This document shows, piece after piece, positions 27,161 through 34,607 of a DNA stretch of 36,717 nucleotides. Under the pieces are notes generated by a model. The model made no database searches and had not been told where the DNA came from. It saw nothing but the letters and a program-made list of their open reading frames with translations. Origin of the DNA: an uncultured archaeon (lineage in GTDB: Archaea; Micrarchaeota; Micrarchaeia; Norongarragalinales; CABMDW01); the NCBI GenBank assembly GCA_902385045.1, contig CABMDW010000108.1:1-36717 (forward strand), written 5' to 3'. Position numbers and translations under genes: made by a program. Positions within the stretch are counted from its first letter, which is position 1; each line of letters opens with the position of its first letter.

Positions 27161-27316
27161 ATGGCATTTCCATTTTTTGGTTTAGTAAACATAATGGGGC
27201 TAATAGACGTAATAGCAGGAATAATACTACTTAATTCTGGTTCTTCAATTTCGGGCTTTCTAGGAATATGCTTGCTAATAAAAGGAGCAATAAGCGTGTT
27301 TTCAGTAGAAGCTTAG
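27161..27316 (+). CDS. small membrane protein H (51 aa, 2 TM), not in the ORF track
   Basis: ATG at 27161 and TAG at 27314-27316. My translation is MAFPFFGLVNIMGLIDVIAGIILLNSGSSISGFLGICLLIKGAISVFSVEA. It is on the same strand as A-G. Confidence 0.4.
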   Translation: MAFPFFGLVNIMGLIDVIAGIILLNSGSSISGFLGICLLIKGAISVFSVEA

Positions 27317-27317
27317 A

Positions 27318-27599
27318 TTATTTTAACTTAAAAAGTAACTGTCTCTGTGATTCAAGTATTTGTTTATTCAAATCTATTAGAATATCTAATTTAGTTTTAA
27401 GTTCAGAATAATCTGGAGTATTAACCTGAGAAACAATATTGACTGGAGCCTGAACTTCTTTGGGCTTTTCAACAGCTTCAAGGGCTTGTGATACTAAAGT
27501 TTCTGCATTTTCTACACCCATTTGATTAAGCGTAGTAATTATGTCGTCCTTATTCATTCCCTTAGATACTAAATCTCTAATGATTTCATTAATTTCCAT
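27318..27599 (-). CDS. hypothetical small protein (helical N-terminal domain plus C-terminal coiled-coil-like segment)
   Basis: 93 aa with an ATG start. No family was recognised. Confidence 0.45.
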   Translation of the reverse strand: MEINEIIRDLVSKGMNKDDIITTLNQMGVENAETLVSQALEAVEKPKEVQAPVNIVSQVNTPDYSELKTKLDILIDLNKQILESQRQLLFKLK

Positions 27600-27725
27600 A
27601 AAACAGTTTCACTTTTTACGTTATTTAATCTTTGCACATTGTTCTTTATTTGAAGCAATAATTCAAATTTTATGGAAACATAAGGAACATATAATTTTTA
27701 ATGGATACCCACGTGAATAATATAG

Positions 27726-29090
27726 ATGCAGGAGTTAACTAAAATCATCATAAGTCGAGTTATAAAAGGGCCTTGGAAAACTATCACCGAAGGAATCTGG
27801 GGAGACGTTCCAATAGACATAATTGAAAACCAAAGCCATCAGACGATAATATTGGGTTATGACATCGTAGAAGGAAAAGTAAAAGGTGCACTAGTTCTTA
27901 CAAGAGATTATTTAGCAACTGATGAAAAAGAAGACGTGTACAATATCCCTGAAGAACTAGGAGATTATACGTTGGTAATAAAAAAAGCTAAAGAGAGAAA
28001 CACTGCTTTTGTAGCCTTCGGACCCAATTCAGCTTACGTTACTTCTGAATCAACAGTAATGGTAGAAACTATTAACAATCAAATTAATGAAATAGAATCA
28101 ATTTACGGTCAAGTAGTAAGTTCCAAAAAACTTGCTAACACGAATCTAACAAGATTATCAGATGCAAGTAAAGAATACGCTCAAGCATTATTCGGAGATC
28201 CGCTTTACATTTATTACTTAAACCAACAATACTTGAATTCCATGACTAGATTATCTAGAATCAATCTAGGATTTACGACTGGAGGAACACCATATAGTCT
28301 CATCAAAAGTAGTTTGTTCTTGACTAAAGTCATTGGAAAACAAAACAACATAAGAGATTTCGTTAAAAATCTAACTTATAATCTCGTTCAAGCGGAAAAT
28401 AACGTAGTCGTATTAAAATCTAGGGCTTTTCAAATTGGTTTTTCAGAAGCCAAGAATATTGTAACTAAAAAACTAGGAATAGATTACGGATTATTATTTT
28501 CAAAAATAACTTTACAGAATTTTATAGAAAAGTTTCTTAAAAGTCCAAGGCTTTCAGCTAAACTAGCTACTCTAGTAAAAGATAATTACGTGGTTTCCTT
28601 TGAAGAATTAATTCAAGGAATAAAAAGTATTGATGACGAAGACTTGCCGCAGTATGAAAGCTTGAAATTCGTAAGACTTTTGAAACTAATTGAGAAGAAT
28701 GGAGAGAAAAACCAGCTTTTCATGAACAAAAAAATTACAGACTACTTGTTTGAATTAAGATTGATGAACAATAGAATCTTGGTTTTGGATTCCGAAGAAA
28801 ATCAAGGACTATCAACTATGATAACCAGTTCGCTGTTAACTGAAACGGGCATGGTAAAGGAAATAAAACACAATACTTTTTTGATAGTAATCTGCGACAC
28901 GCCGTATACTGTAGAATTAGTAAAGCAGATAAAAGAATTGAACGAAGAAGGATACAAGATAATTTTAGTAGTAGATGACGATTATTCGATAACTCCATTG
29001 AAAGAGACTTTGAGAGTTGAAGATATTCAAAATAGTTTAGTAGCCAGCGATTCTTCAGGAGTTCCTCAGAGATTCCAACTAACTACTTGA
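27726..29090 (+). CDS. hypothetical protein, 454 aa, no recognisable catalytic motif
   Basis: This is a long ORF in an AT-rich genome, where long open frames are unlikely by chance. There is no Walker A motif, no Cys/His cluster and no TM segment. Confidence 0.6.
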   Translation: MQELTKIIISRVIKGPWKTITEGIWGDVPIDIIENQSHQTIILGYDIVEGKVKGALVLTRDYLATDEKEDVYNIPEELGDYTLVIKKAKERNTAFVAFGPNSAYVTSESTVMVETINNQINEIESIYGQVVSSKKLANTNLTRLSDASKEYAQALFGDPLYIYYLNQQYLNSMTRLSRINLGFTTGGTPYSLIKSSLFLTKVIGKQNNIRDFVKNLTYNLVQAENNVVVLKSRAFQIGFSEAKNIVTKKLGIDYGLLFSKITLQNFIEKFLKSPRLSAKLATLVKDNYVVSFEELIQGIKSIDDEDLPQYESLKFVRLLKLIEKNGEKNQLFMNKKITDYLFELRLMNNRILVLDSEENQGLSTMITSSLLTETGMVKEIKHNTFLIVICDTPYTVELVKQIKELNEEGYKIILVVDDDYSITPLKETLRVEDIQNSLVASDSSGVPQRFQLTT

Positions 29091-29091
29091 G

Positions 29092-30189
29092 TTAAATAAA
29101 ATCGTTTACGAATCCATCAAAATCTTCTTCAGTCAAAAATGAAATTAGTTTCACTAGTTTTTCTTTTTCTTCTTTGACAACATAGGAAGCAACTAATTCT
29201 TCAACCGGATCTTCTAGTATTATTTGGTTGGTTTGAAAGCCCTTGAAGTTATCTTCAAAATCTTCCTCTAAAAATAATTCACATTTTTGATTAACTGAAT
29301 TAATGAATTCTTCCTTGTTCCTAAAAATTCCGTTAAATTTTAATTTTATTAGAGGAAAAGAAAAAGAATTACAGGCGTCAAGCACAAATTTTTCTGCTTT
29401 AGCTTGATTGTCAGTAGATAAAAACAAGAATTTTCTGGTTTCAAATTCCTTAAACTCAATAACATTAGAATTAGTATCTACAATCAGAACTCCTTTTGGT
29501 TTTGTTTCTTCTTCTTTCATTTGAGTGACTACAGTGCTTCCTGGAATGACCAAGTGCTTTCCTTGGACAGTCAAATCTCTATGCCAGTGAATATGGCCAT
29601 TAACGTACAAATTAAAGCCATCAGGCAGATCCGAGACGCTAATGCTTTCTGGAGCCATTGGAACTATTTCTGAAACATTCTGATGAAAAACAAAAACGTT
29701 AAAAGCATTTTCGACGGGTTTGAAATTTCCTGCCTTTAAAGATTGCAAGACAAATTCTTCAGGAACTCCACCCAAACCTTGAATGCATACTTTTTCGGTC
29801 TTTCCTCCTGTTGTTTTTTCAAAAATAATTCGTTTATTGTGGCAATTTATCATTAAATGCGCGTCATCAAAGATTTCGATTATGTTAGCCAAGCCTTTGG
29901 TGCGTCTTTCATGAGTTCCATGGATTCCGATTAAAGCCGGGTAATCTGATAATTCTTTTCCAGAATCATAGTCAGAAATTTTTAAATTAGTTTTAGGCCT
30001 AGAAGTTACAAAACAGTTTACTGCTTCCTTAATAGTTTCTTGTGTAGGAATTCGGTAATCAAATAAGTCACCAGGAAGTAAAATGAAATCACAATTCAAT
30101 GAATTGCATAAGTCCAAGGCTTTTTTTGCTTGAATTGCGGCATCACCGTTAAATCCAAAGTGAAAATCCGATGCAATTCCAAATTTCAT
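29092..30189 (-). CDS. mre11: Mre11/SbcD-family calcineurin-like metallophosphoesterase (DNA repair nuclease)
   Basis: The phosphoesterase motifs are present in order: DFHFG, LLPGDLFD, GIHGTHE and NGHIHWH. The 365 aa size fits archaeal Mre11. No rad50, herA or nurA lies adjacent. Confidence 0.7.
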   Translation of the reverse strand: MKFGIASDFHFGFNGDAAIQAKKALDLCNSLNCDFILLPGDLFDYRIPTQETIKEAVNCFVTSRPKTNLKISDYDSGKELSDYPALIGIHGTHERRTKGLANIIEIFDDAHLMINCHNKRIIFEKTTGGKTEKVCIQGLGGVPEEFVLQSLKAGNFKPVENAFNVFVFHQNVSEIVPMAPESISVSDLPDGFNLYVNGHIHWHRDLTVQGKHLVIPGSTVVTQMKEEETKPKGVLIVDTNSNVIEFKEFETRKFLFLSTDNQAKAEKFVLDACNSFSFPLIKLKFNGIFRNKEEFINSVNQKCELFLEEDFEDNFKGFQTNQIILEDPVEELVASYVVKEEKEKLVKLISFLTEEDFDGFVNDFI

Positions 30190-30216
30190 GAAATAAGTAG
30201 GAAAAAGTGCAATAAG

Positions 30217-30507
30217 TTAGTTTGTTTTTTTAGAGGAGGACATTCCTTTGATTTTTTGTTCTTGCATTTCTATTACTTGAGTTCTATCCTGTAATTCTTT
30301 TAATTCAGCGCTTAATTCGGAAGCCAAAGCTTTTGAATCTTTTTTGACTAGAATGTTTCCATAAAACCGATAGGTTTCAGTAGCCTTTTCGGCTTCTGAT
30401 AAAGCGCGTTTTATTTCTTCAATTCTAAAATTCAATTCTTGCTTCTGATATGCAAATAATTGCAATTGTTGTTTAACTAAATCTTGGGTTTTATTATCTT
30501 CTGCCAT
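30217..30507 (-). CDS. pfdB: prefoldin beta subunit-like
   Basis: 96 aa with a coiled coil, then a hairpin (YRFYGNILVKKDSKALASEL), then another coiled coil. That layout is typical of prefoldin beta. Confidence 0.65.
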   Translation of the reverse strand: MAEDNKTQDLVKQQLQLFAYQKQELNFRIEEIKRALSEAEKATETYRFYGNILVKKDSKALASELSAELKELQDRTQVIEMQEQKIKGMSSSKKTN

Positions 30508-30513
30508 TAAAAA

Positions 30514-30738
30514 TCACTCTTCTTCAATTAAGGTATTTACTCTAGTAATTATAGTCAAATCCCTTAATAACGAATTCGATATTGCACGAAGTTTGGCTAA
30601 TGAAGGTTGTTTTATGGTGAAAAATAATTTGTTTTTAAGAACTGCATTATATTCTTTCTTGTCTTTTAACGCGTTGAAAATGCGTTTGTTTTCATCGCCA
30701 TCAAAATCCAATACGAAAGAACATGTAAATTCAAGCAT
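30514..30738 (-). CDS. KEOPS subunit Pcc1-like small protein
   Basis: LEFTCSFVLDF...FFTIKQPSLAKLRAISNSLLRDLTIITRV resembles the Pcc1 pattern (LRAsxNSfLr). Pcc1 commonly neighbours pfdB in archaea. I prefer the Met at 30738 over the track start at 30774. Confidence 0.5.
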   Translation of the reverse strand: MLEFTCSFVLDFDGDENKRIFNALKDKKEYNAVLKNKLFFTIKQPSLAKLRAISNSLLRDLTIITRVNTLIEEE

Positions 30739-31753
30739 TTTTCTCCAACTCTTCAATTCTTGATAAGAGTGCATTATACTTTTGAATTAAAGTATTACGC
30801 AGGTCTTCAGAAATTTCACTTCTAATAAAAGCCTGTTCTACAAAATCAATTTGAACTTCAATTAATTCTTTGACTTTAGAAGCATGATCTCCTAATTCTA
30901 ATTCAGGGTGATTCAAAACTAATTCGTTTAATCTTCTTTCAACGCTTTTTGCAAGAATCTTATGTTGTTTTGTAATATCCTTGAATATTTTTTCACTAAT
31001 CAAACCACGATCATAATCTCTCTTCAAATAACTTGAAGCAAAACTCATTGCCCTAGATTCCGTTACTAGACTCAAATATTCGTTTTCCAAAGGATTTTCT
31101 CTGATTCCCAATAATTTTGAGCTCGCAAGTTTTGCAGTGAAAACCGAAATGAGAATAGTGAAGAAAATGACTATAATTGTGATAGAGAAAATGCTTTGAG
31201 CTTCTGCCAAAGAAAACCAGCCTCTATTTACGGCAAAAGCATAAGAACCGGTTATCACTCCGGATAAGACTATTGAAGCTAAAGCTGCAGAAACTGCTCC
31301 ACGGGGATTTCCAATCCAAGAAATAAACATTTTTTCTTTGAAAGAAAAATCTTTGTCAAACAACATACTAAGCCAAATGGTCAAAGGTCGAATAAAGAAG
31401 CAGAATGCTATTGCAATCAAAAATCCTGGAAATAAATTGGAATAAAGTAAACTTAAATTAACTTCAGATCCTAGAACTAAAAAGACTAATGCAGTTGCAA
31501 TGAAATTCAAGTTTTCCCAAAAACCAAGAGTCCTGTGCCTGCTGATTGCACTAACGTTCTTGCCTCTGACATAACTACCGAAAACCAAGGCAGTGAACAC
31601 TACGGAAATAACTCCGGATGCACTAATGCCCCAAGCGTTAAGGCCTTCAGCAATTGCATATGAAGACATCATGAAAGCCAGTGAAGAAAATAATAGGTCA
31701 TCATCAACTTTGAATTGACGTAAAAGGGCGTTACCCAAAAGTCCTACAGTCAA
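30731..31753 (-). CDS. Na+/H+ antiporter (CPA1, NhaP-type), C-terminal part including cytoplasmic tail
   Basis: 340 aa with about 6-7 TM followed by a soluble helical domain. It is in the same frame as 31766..32350. The track start is a TTG with no SD-like element. Confidence 0.65.
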   Translation of the reverse strand: MTVGLLGNALLRQFKVDDDLLFSSLAFMMSSYAIAEGLNAWGISASGVISVVFTALVFGSYVRGKNVSAISRHRTLGFWENLNFIATALVFLVLGSEVNLSLLYSNLFPGFLIAIAFCFFIRPLTIWLSMLFDKDFSFKEKMFISWIGNPRGAVSAALASIVLSGVITGSYAFAVNRGWFSLAEAQSIFSITIIVIFFTILISVFTAKLASSKLLGIRENPLENEYLSLVTESRAMSFASSYLKRDYDRGLISEKIFKDITKQHKILAKSVERRLNELVLNHPELELGDHASKVKELIEVQIDFVEQAFIRSEISEDLRNTLIQKYNALLSRIEELEKNA

Positions 31754-31765
31754 ACCGACGAGACA

Positions 31766-32350
31766 TTAAAAGAAGATAATGCTAACAAATTGGGTTGAAA
31801 CTGAAGAAAAGGAAATTACTCCTCCCGCTAGTAATGTGGTTAAAACCAAGAAAATAGTAAGAGAAGAAGCATCGTTGAAAGCAGTTTCACTTTCAATAAT
31901 GCTTGAAATCTTTTTTTCAATTCTCAATTTTCTGAGTAATGGGAGAATTGAAGCAGGATCAGTGGAAGCTAAAATAGCTCCTAAGAGCAATGCAGCCAGC
32001 CAGCTGAAGCCGAGGAAAAAGTAAGCTGCTAAAGCTACTCCTGAAATCGTGAAGACTACTGCAACCGTATTAATTGACAAAACCGTAGACAATTTTTTCA
32101 ATAATTGTTTGCTGTCTGCTCTTGCTCCGTCGTTGAACAAGATTATTGGAACGCTTATGACGGCCAAAAAACCTAGGGAAATTCCTATTTCTAGGGGCTT
32201 GAAAATTTTTAAAACTTCATTACCGAAAATAAAACCTGTTAACAATAATGCAACGAATTCAGGCCAGTTGAAAAATTTGGCTATGCGCGCCACTAGAATT
32301 CCTGCAATCAAAACGAAAATAATTTGTCCAAGAAAAATGTCAAAAGCCAA
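31766..32350 (-). CDS. Na+/H+ antiporter (CPA1, NhaP-type), N-terminal part
   Basis: 194 aa and about 5-6 TM. It has ASTDPASILPLL and ESETAFNDASSLTIF (the ES..ND ion-binding motif). It ends at the TAA at 31766-31768. Confidence 0.7.
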   Translation of the reverse strand: MAFDIFLGQIIFVLIAGILVARIAKFFNWPEFVALLLTGFIFGNEVLKIFKPLEIGISLGFLAVISVPIILFNDGARADSKQLLKKLSTVLSINTVAVVFTISGVALAAYFFLGFSWLAALLLGAILASTDPASILPLLRKLRIEKKISSIIESETAFNDASSLTIFLVLTTLLAGGVISFSSVSTQFVSIIFF

Positions 32351-32412
32351 TCAAAAACCACTTAACAGTATAAATAACAAAATGGAAATTTAAAAAGTTA
32401 TAGATGAAAAAA

Positions 32413-33612
32413 TTAATCTCCTAGAATTCGTTTTTCAATTATGACTCTAATTTTATTCGGATCAAAGCCTGGACAAATTAAAGTAGCGTGTCCTCTGACT
32501 CCTTTTCCGGATTCAATTGTGGTTATGAGTCCTAAAGATTCCAAGTCATGAAGATATTCTCTATACCATCGTGAACTTCTTGGTTCAACTTTGGTTTTTC
32601 TGCAAATGCTCTTATATTTTTCGTAAACGTGACCTGAAAAATAATATTTGTCTCCATTTTCTTCAACTAGTTTACTATAGGCTTCAGAATCAGAGAGGCA
32701 TAAAGCATACAAAACTAATTGCTGATGCTGAGGGAGTCCGGAAACTAATTCGAAAGACTTGTCTTCGTCTGCTTTCTTTCTTGCATCTTCAACTTCTTTT
32801 TCAGTAACTACTTTAAGTTTTTTAGAATCAGCTAGTTCTCCGGCCCACAATAATAAAGATAACGCGTATCTTACGTCTCCATTTTCTGAAGCTGCAATTG
32901 CTGATGCTAAATTCAAGGCTCCGTGAAGTATTGCTCCATCATTAAAAGATGCTTTAATCCTATCTTCAAGGATTCCGGATAATTGTGAAGCATTGTAAGA
33001 ATGAAAAACCAATTCTTTTTCGCATAATGAACTTTTGCTTCTGGCATCTAATTTTTTCTTGAAGTCGATTCTGTTGGAAATTCCTATTACGGAAATGCTG
33101 CCTTTCTTCAAGTCATCATTTGTTCTTGTAAGCGTGTATACTAAATCGTCTAAATCTTTTACGGCGTCAATTTCGTCTAATACTACAATCAAATTTTTTC
33201 CTTGATCATCATCTTCAATCCAGTCTAGAAGTTTCTCGTAAATAGTGGCCATTGAGTGTCCGGTTCTTGGCAATTCAATGATGAAATCGCCGACCAGTTT
33301 TTGTATTACTTTATAGCGTGAATCATAAACTCTGCAATTCATGTACGTGGTAAAGACTCGGGTATTTTCTTCGGCTTTTATTTTTTGCAAAACTAGTTTT
33401 ACTGCAGCAGTTTTTCCGCAACCAGAATTGCCGTAAATAAATAAATTGTTTGGCTTTACTCCTTTGAAAGCTGGAGCAATTAATTCCATTAAAGTTCTTA
33501 ATTCATGATCACGATACAACATTTCAGGCGGATAATAGTGCGGACTCAGAACATTCTTATTCTTAAACACGCTTGCCTTGTTTAAAATATCAGAAAAAGA
33601 GAGCGAAGACAT
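32413..33612 (-). CDS. cdc6: ORC1-type DNA replication protein (Orc1/Cdc6)
   Basis: 399 aa. It has Walker A GNSGCGKTA, Walker B IVVLDEID, the sensor region ISVIGISN and a C-terminal winged helix. Confidence 0.92.
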   Translation of the reverse strand: MSSLSFSDILNKASVFKNKNVLSPHYYPPEMLYRDHELRTLMELIAPAFKGVKPNNLFIYGNSGCGKTAAVKLVLQKIKAEENTRVFTTYMNCRVYDSRYKVIQKLVGDFIIELPRTGHSMATIYEKLLDWIEDDDQGKNLIVVLDEIDAVKDLDDLVYTLTRTNDDLKKGSISVIGISNRIDFKKKLDARSKSSLCEKELVFHSYNASQLSGILEDRIKASFNDGAILHGALNLASAIAASENGDVRYALSLLLWAGELADSKKLKVVTEKEVEDARKKADEDKSFELVSGLPQHQQLVLYALCLSDSEAYSKLVEENGDKYYFSGHVYEKYKSICRKTKVEPRSSRWYREYLHDLESLGLITTIESGKGVRGHATLICPGFDPNKIRVIIEKRILGD

Positions 33613-33707
33613 AAAAAACCTAGTTTAAATTAATTAAGTTAAATACGAAGAGCAACTATTAAAAACAAAGGTCATACATTCATTTAAAAGACAATTAAAA
33701 ATAAGTC

Positions 33708-33747
33708 TAACTAGTAAGCTTTTTTAAGACAGGCTTAGTACTAGTTA
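33708..33747. repeat. imperfect inverted repeat TAACTAGTAAGC ... GCTTA(GTA)CTAGTTA in the cdc6/sepF divergent spacer
   Basis: TAACTAGTA (33708-33716) and TACTAGTTA (33739-33747) are exact reverse complements. TAAGC/GCTTA extends the arms with a 3-nt bulge. Confidence 0.5.
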
Positions 33748-33793
33748 CAAGTGATTTTAAACTGGAAATTTACTCTATTAGGTGAATAATTTT

Positions 33794-33853
33794 ATGGGAA
33801 TATTTGATAAATTGGGAAAGGCATTAGGAATAGGAAAAGAATTGAGTGTTTAA
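33794..33853 (+). CDS. 19-codon ORF encoding a SepF-type amphipathic N-terminal peptide (MGIFDKLGKALGIGKELSV), in frame with the sepF core
   Basis: ATG at 33794 with GGTG at 33781-33784. A TAA at 33851-33853 ends it, and the same frame continues into 33893..34153. Confidence 0.45.
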   Translation: MGIFDKLGKALGIGKELSV

Positions 33854-33892
33854 GAATTCATTACTTCTGAAGAAGCTGAAAATGTCGATATT

Positions 33893-34153
33893 ATGCACCA
33901 AGCTGCTGATTTTTACGTTAAACCAATCAAACTACAAACTGATGAAGATTTGAAAATTATTGAAGAAGAATTAAGTAACAAAAACATAATATTATTAAAC
34001 ATTAGTCCAGTCTCTAGAAATCCAGTTAAACTAAAAGCATACATTGGAAATATTAAAAATTTTGTAACTAGGATAAATGGAGATTTGGCAAGATTGGATG
34101 AAGATAAATTGCTGATTACTCCAATGAATGTAAAAATAGTGAAAAAAAGATAA
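33893..34153 (+). CDS. sepF: cell division protein SepF (DUF552 core domain)
   Basis: FYVKPIKLQTDEDLKIIEEELSNKNIILLNISPVSRNPVKLKAYIGNIKNFVTRINGDLARLDEDKLLITPMNVKIV matches the SepF core pattern. Confidence 0.8.
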   Translation: MHQAADFYVKPIKLQTDEDLKIIEEELSNKNIILLNISPVSRNPVKLKAYIGNIKNFVTRINGDLARLDEDKLLITPMNVKIVKKR

Positions 34154-34212
34154 CAATCATGTTTAAAAAGCAAAGGATATTAATAAAATAAAAATAATGG
34201 TGACTCGAAAAA

Positions 34213-34401
34213 ATGGATGAAAAAGGACAGGGAGCTTTTGAATATTTATTACTAATTGGAGGAGCAATCTTATTCGTAATACTAGTTATAGCTATAGTAC
34301 AATCCTCACTAGGAACACAACAGAATAATGCACTAAACGGATCAAACAAGATCGGAGACGTCACAAACCAAACATACAATAGTGTTGCGGCTACAAATTA
34401 A
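34213..34401 (+). CDS. archaeal type IV pilin-like protein (class III signal peptide, DUF361-like)
   Basis: MDEKGQGAFEYLLLIGGAILFVILVIAIV has a short charged leader, a G/Q cleavage context, and then a hydrophobic helix. Confidence 0.75.
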   Translation: MDEKGQGAFEYLLLIGGAILFVILVIAIVQSSLGTQQNNALNGSNKIGDVTNQTYNSVAATN

Positions 34402-34406
34402 GGCTT

Positions 34407-34577
34407 ATGGATCAAAAAGGGCAAATTACTACGGAATACGTTCTACTGGTAATGATAGGTTTAGTCATACTCGTAGTAGCAGTATCATTTGTAGGAAATA
34501 TGAAAACTATTTTTGATTCAATGCTTCAAAAAACTAATTTGGAAAGATCAACTGCAATTACTATGCTTGGAAGATAA
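34407..34577 (+). CDS. archaeal type IV pilin-like protein (56 aa), not in the ORF track
   Basis: ATG at 34407 and TAA at 34575-34577. My translation is MDQKGQITTEYVLLVMIGLVILVVAVSFVGNMKTIFDSMLQKTNLERSTAITMLGR. The leader architecture matches that of the preceding gene. Confidence 0.6.
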   Translation: MDQKGQITTEYVLLVMIGLVILVVAVSFVGNMKTIFDSMLQKTNLERSTAITMLGR

Positions 34578-34607
34578 GAATATAGTCTACAAAATAATGA
34601 ATTAATC

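Noticed and set aside
24669-27316. Interpreting the eight small membrane-protein genes as Mrp/Mnh antiporter or Mbh hydrogenase small subunits (MnhE/F/G, NuoK-like).
   Set aside because: No NuoL/M/N-like large antiporter subunit lies in or next to the cluster. I could not find the characteristic motifs of MnhC/NuoK, MnhF or MnhG. The resemblance is limited to gene size and tight packing.
31779-32393. Plus-strand ORFs 31779-32024 and 32049-32393 opposite the antiporter N-terminal half.
   Set aside because: They are shadow frames of the NhaP gene, and the minus-strand translation carries the ES..ND antiporter motif.
33913-34379. Minus-strand ORFs 33913-34173 and 34116-34379, opposite sepF and the first pilin gene.
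   Set aside because: The plus-strand translations match the SepF core and a class III signal-peptide pilin. The antisense peptides have no features.
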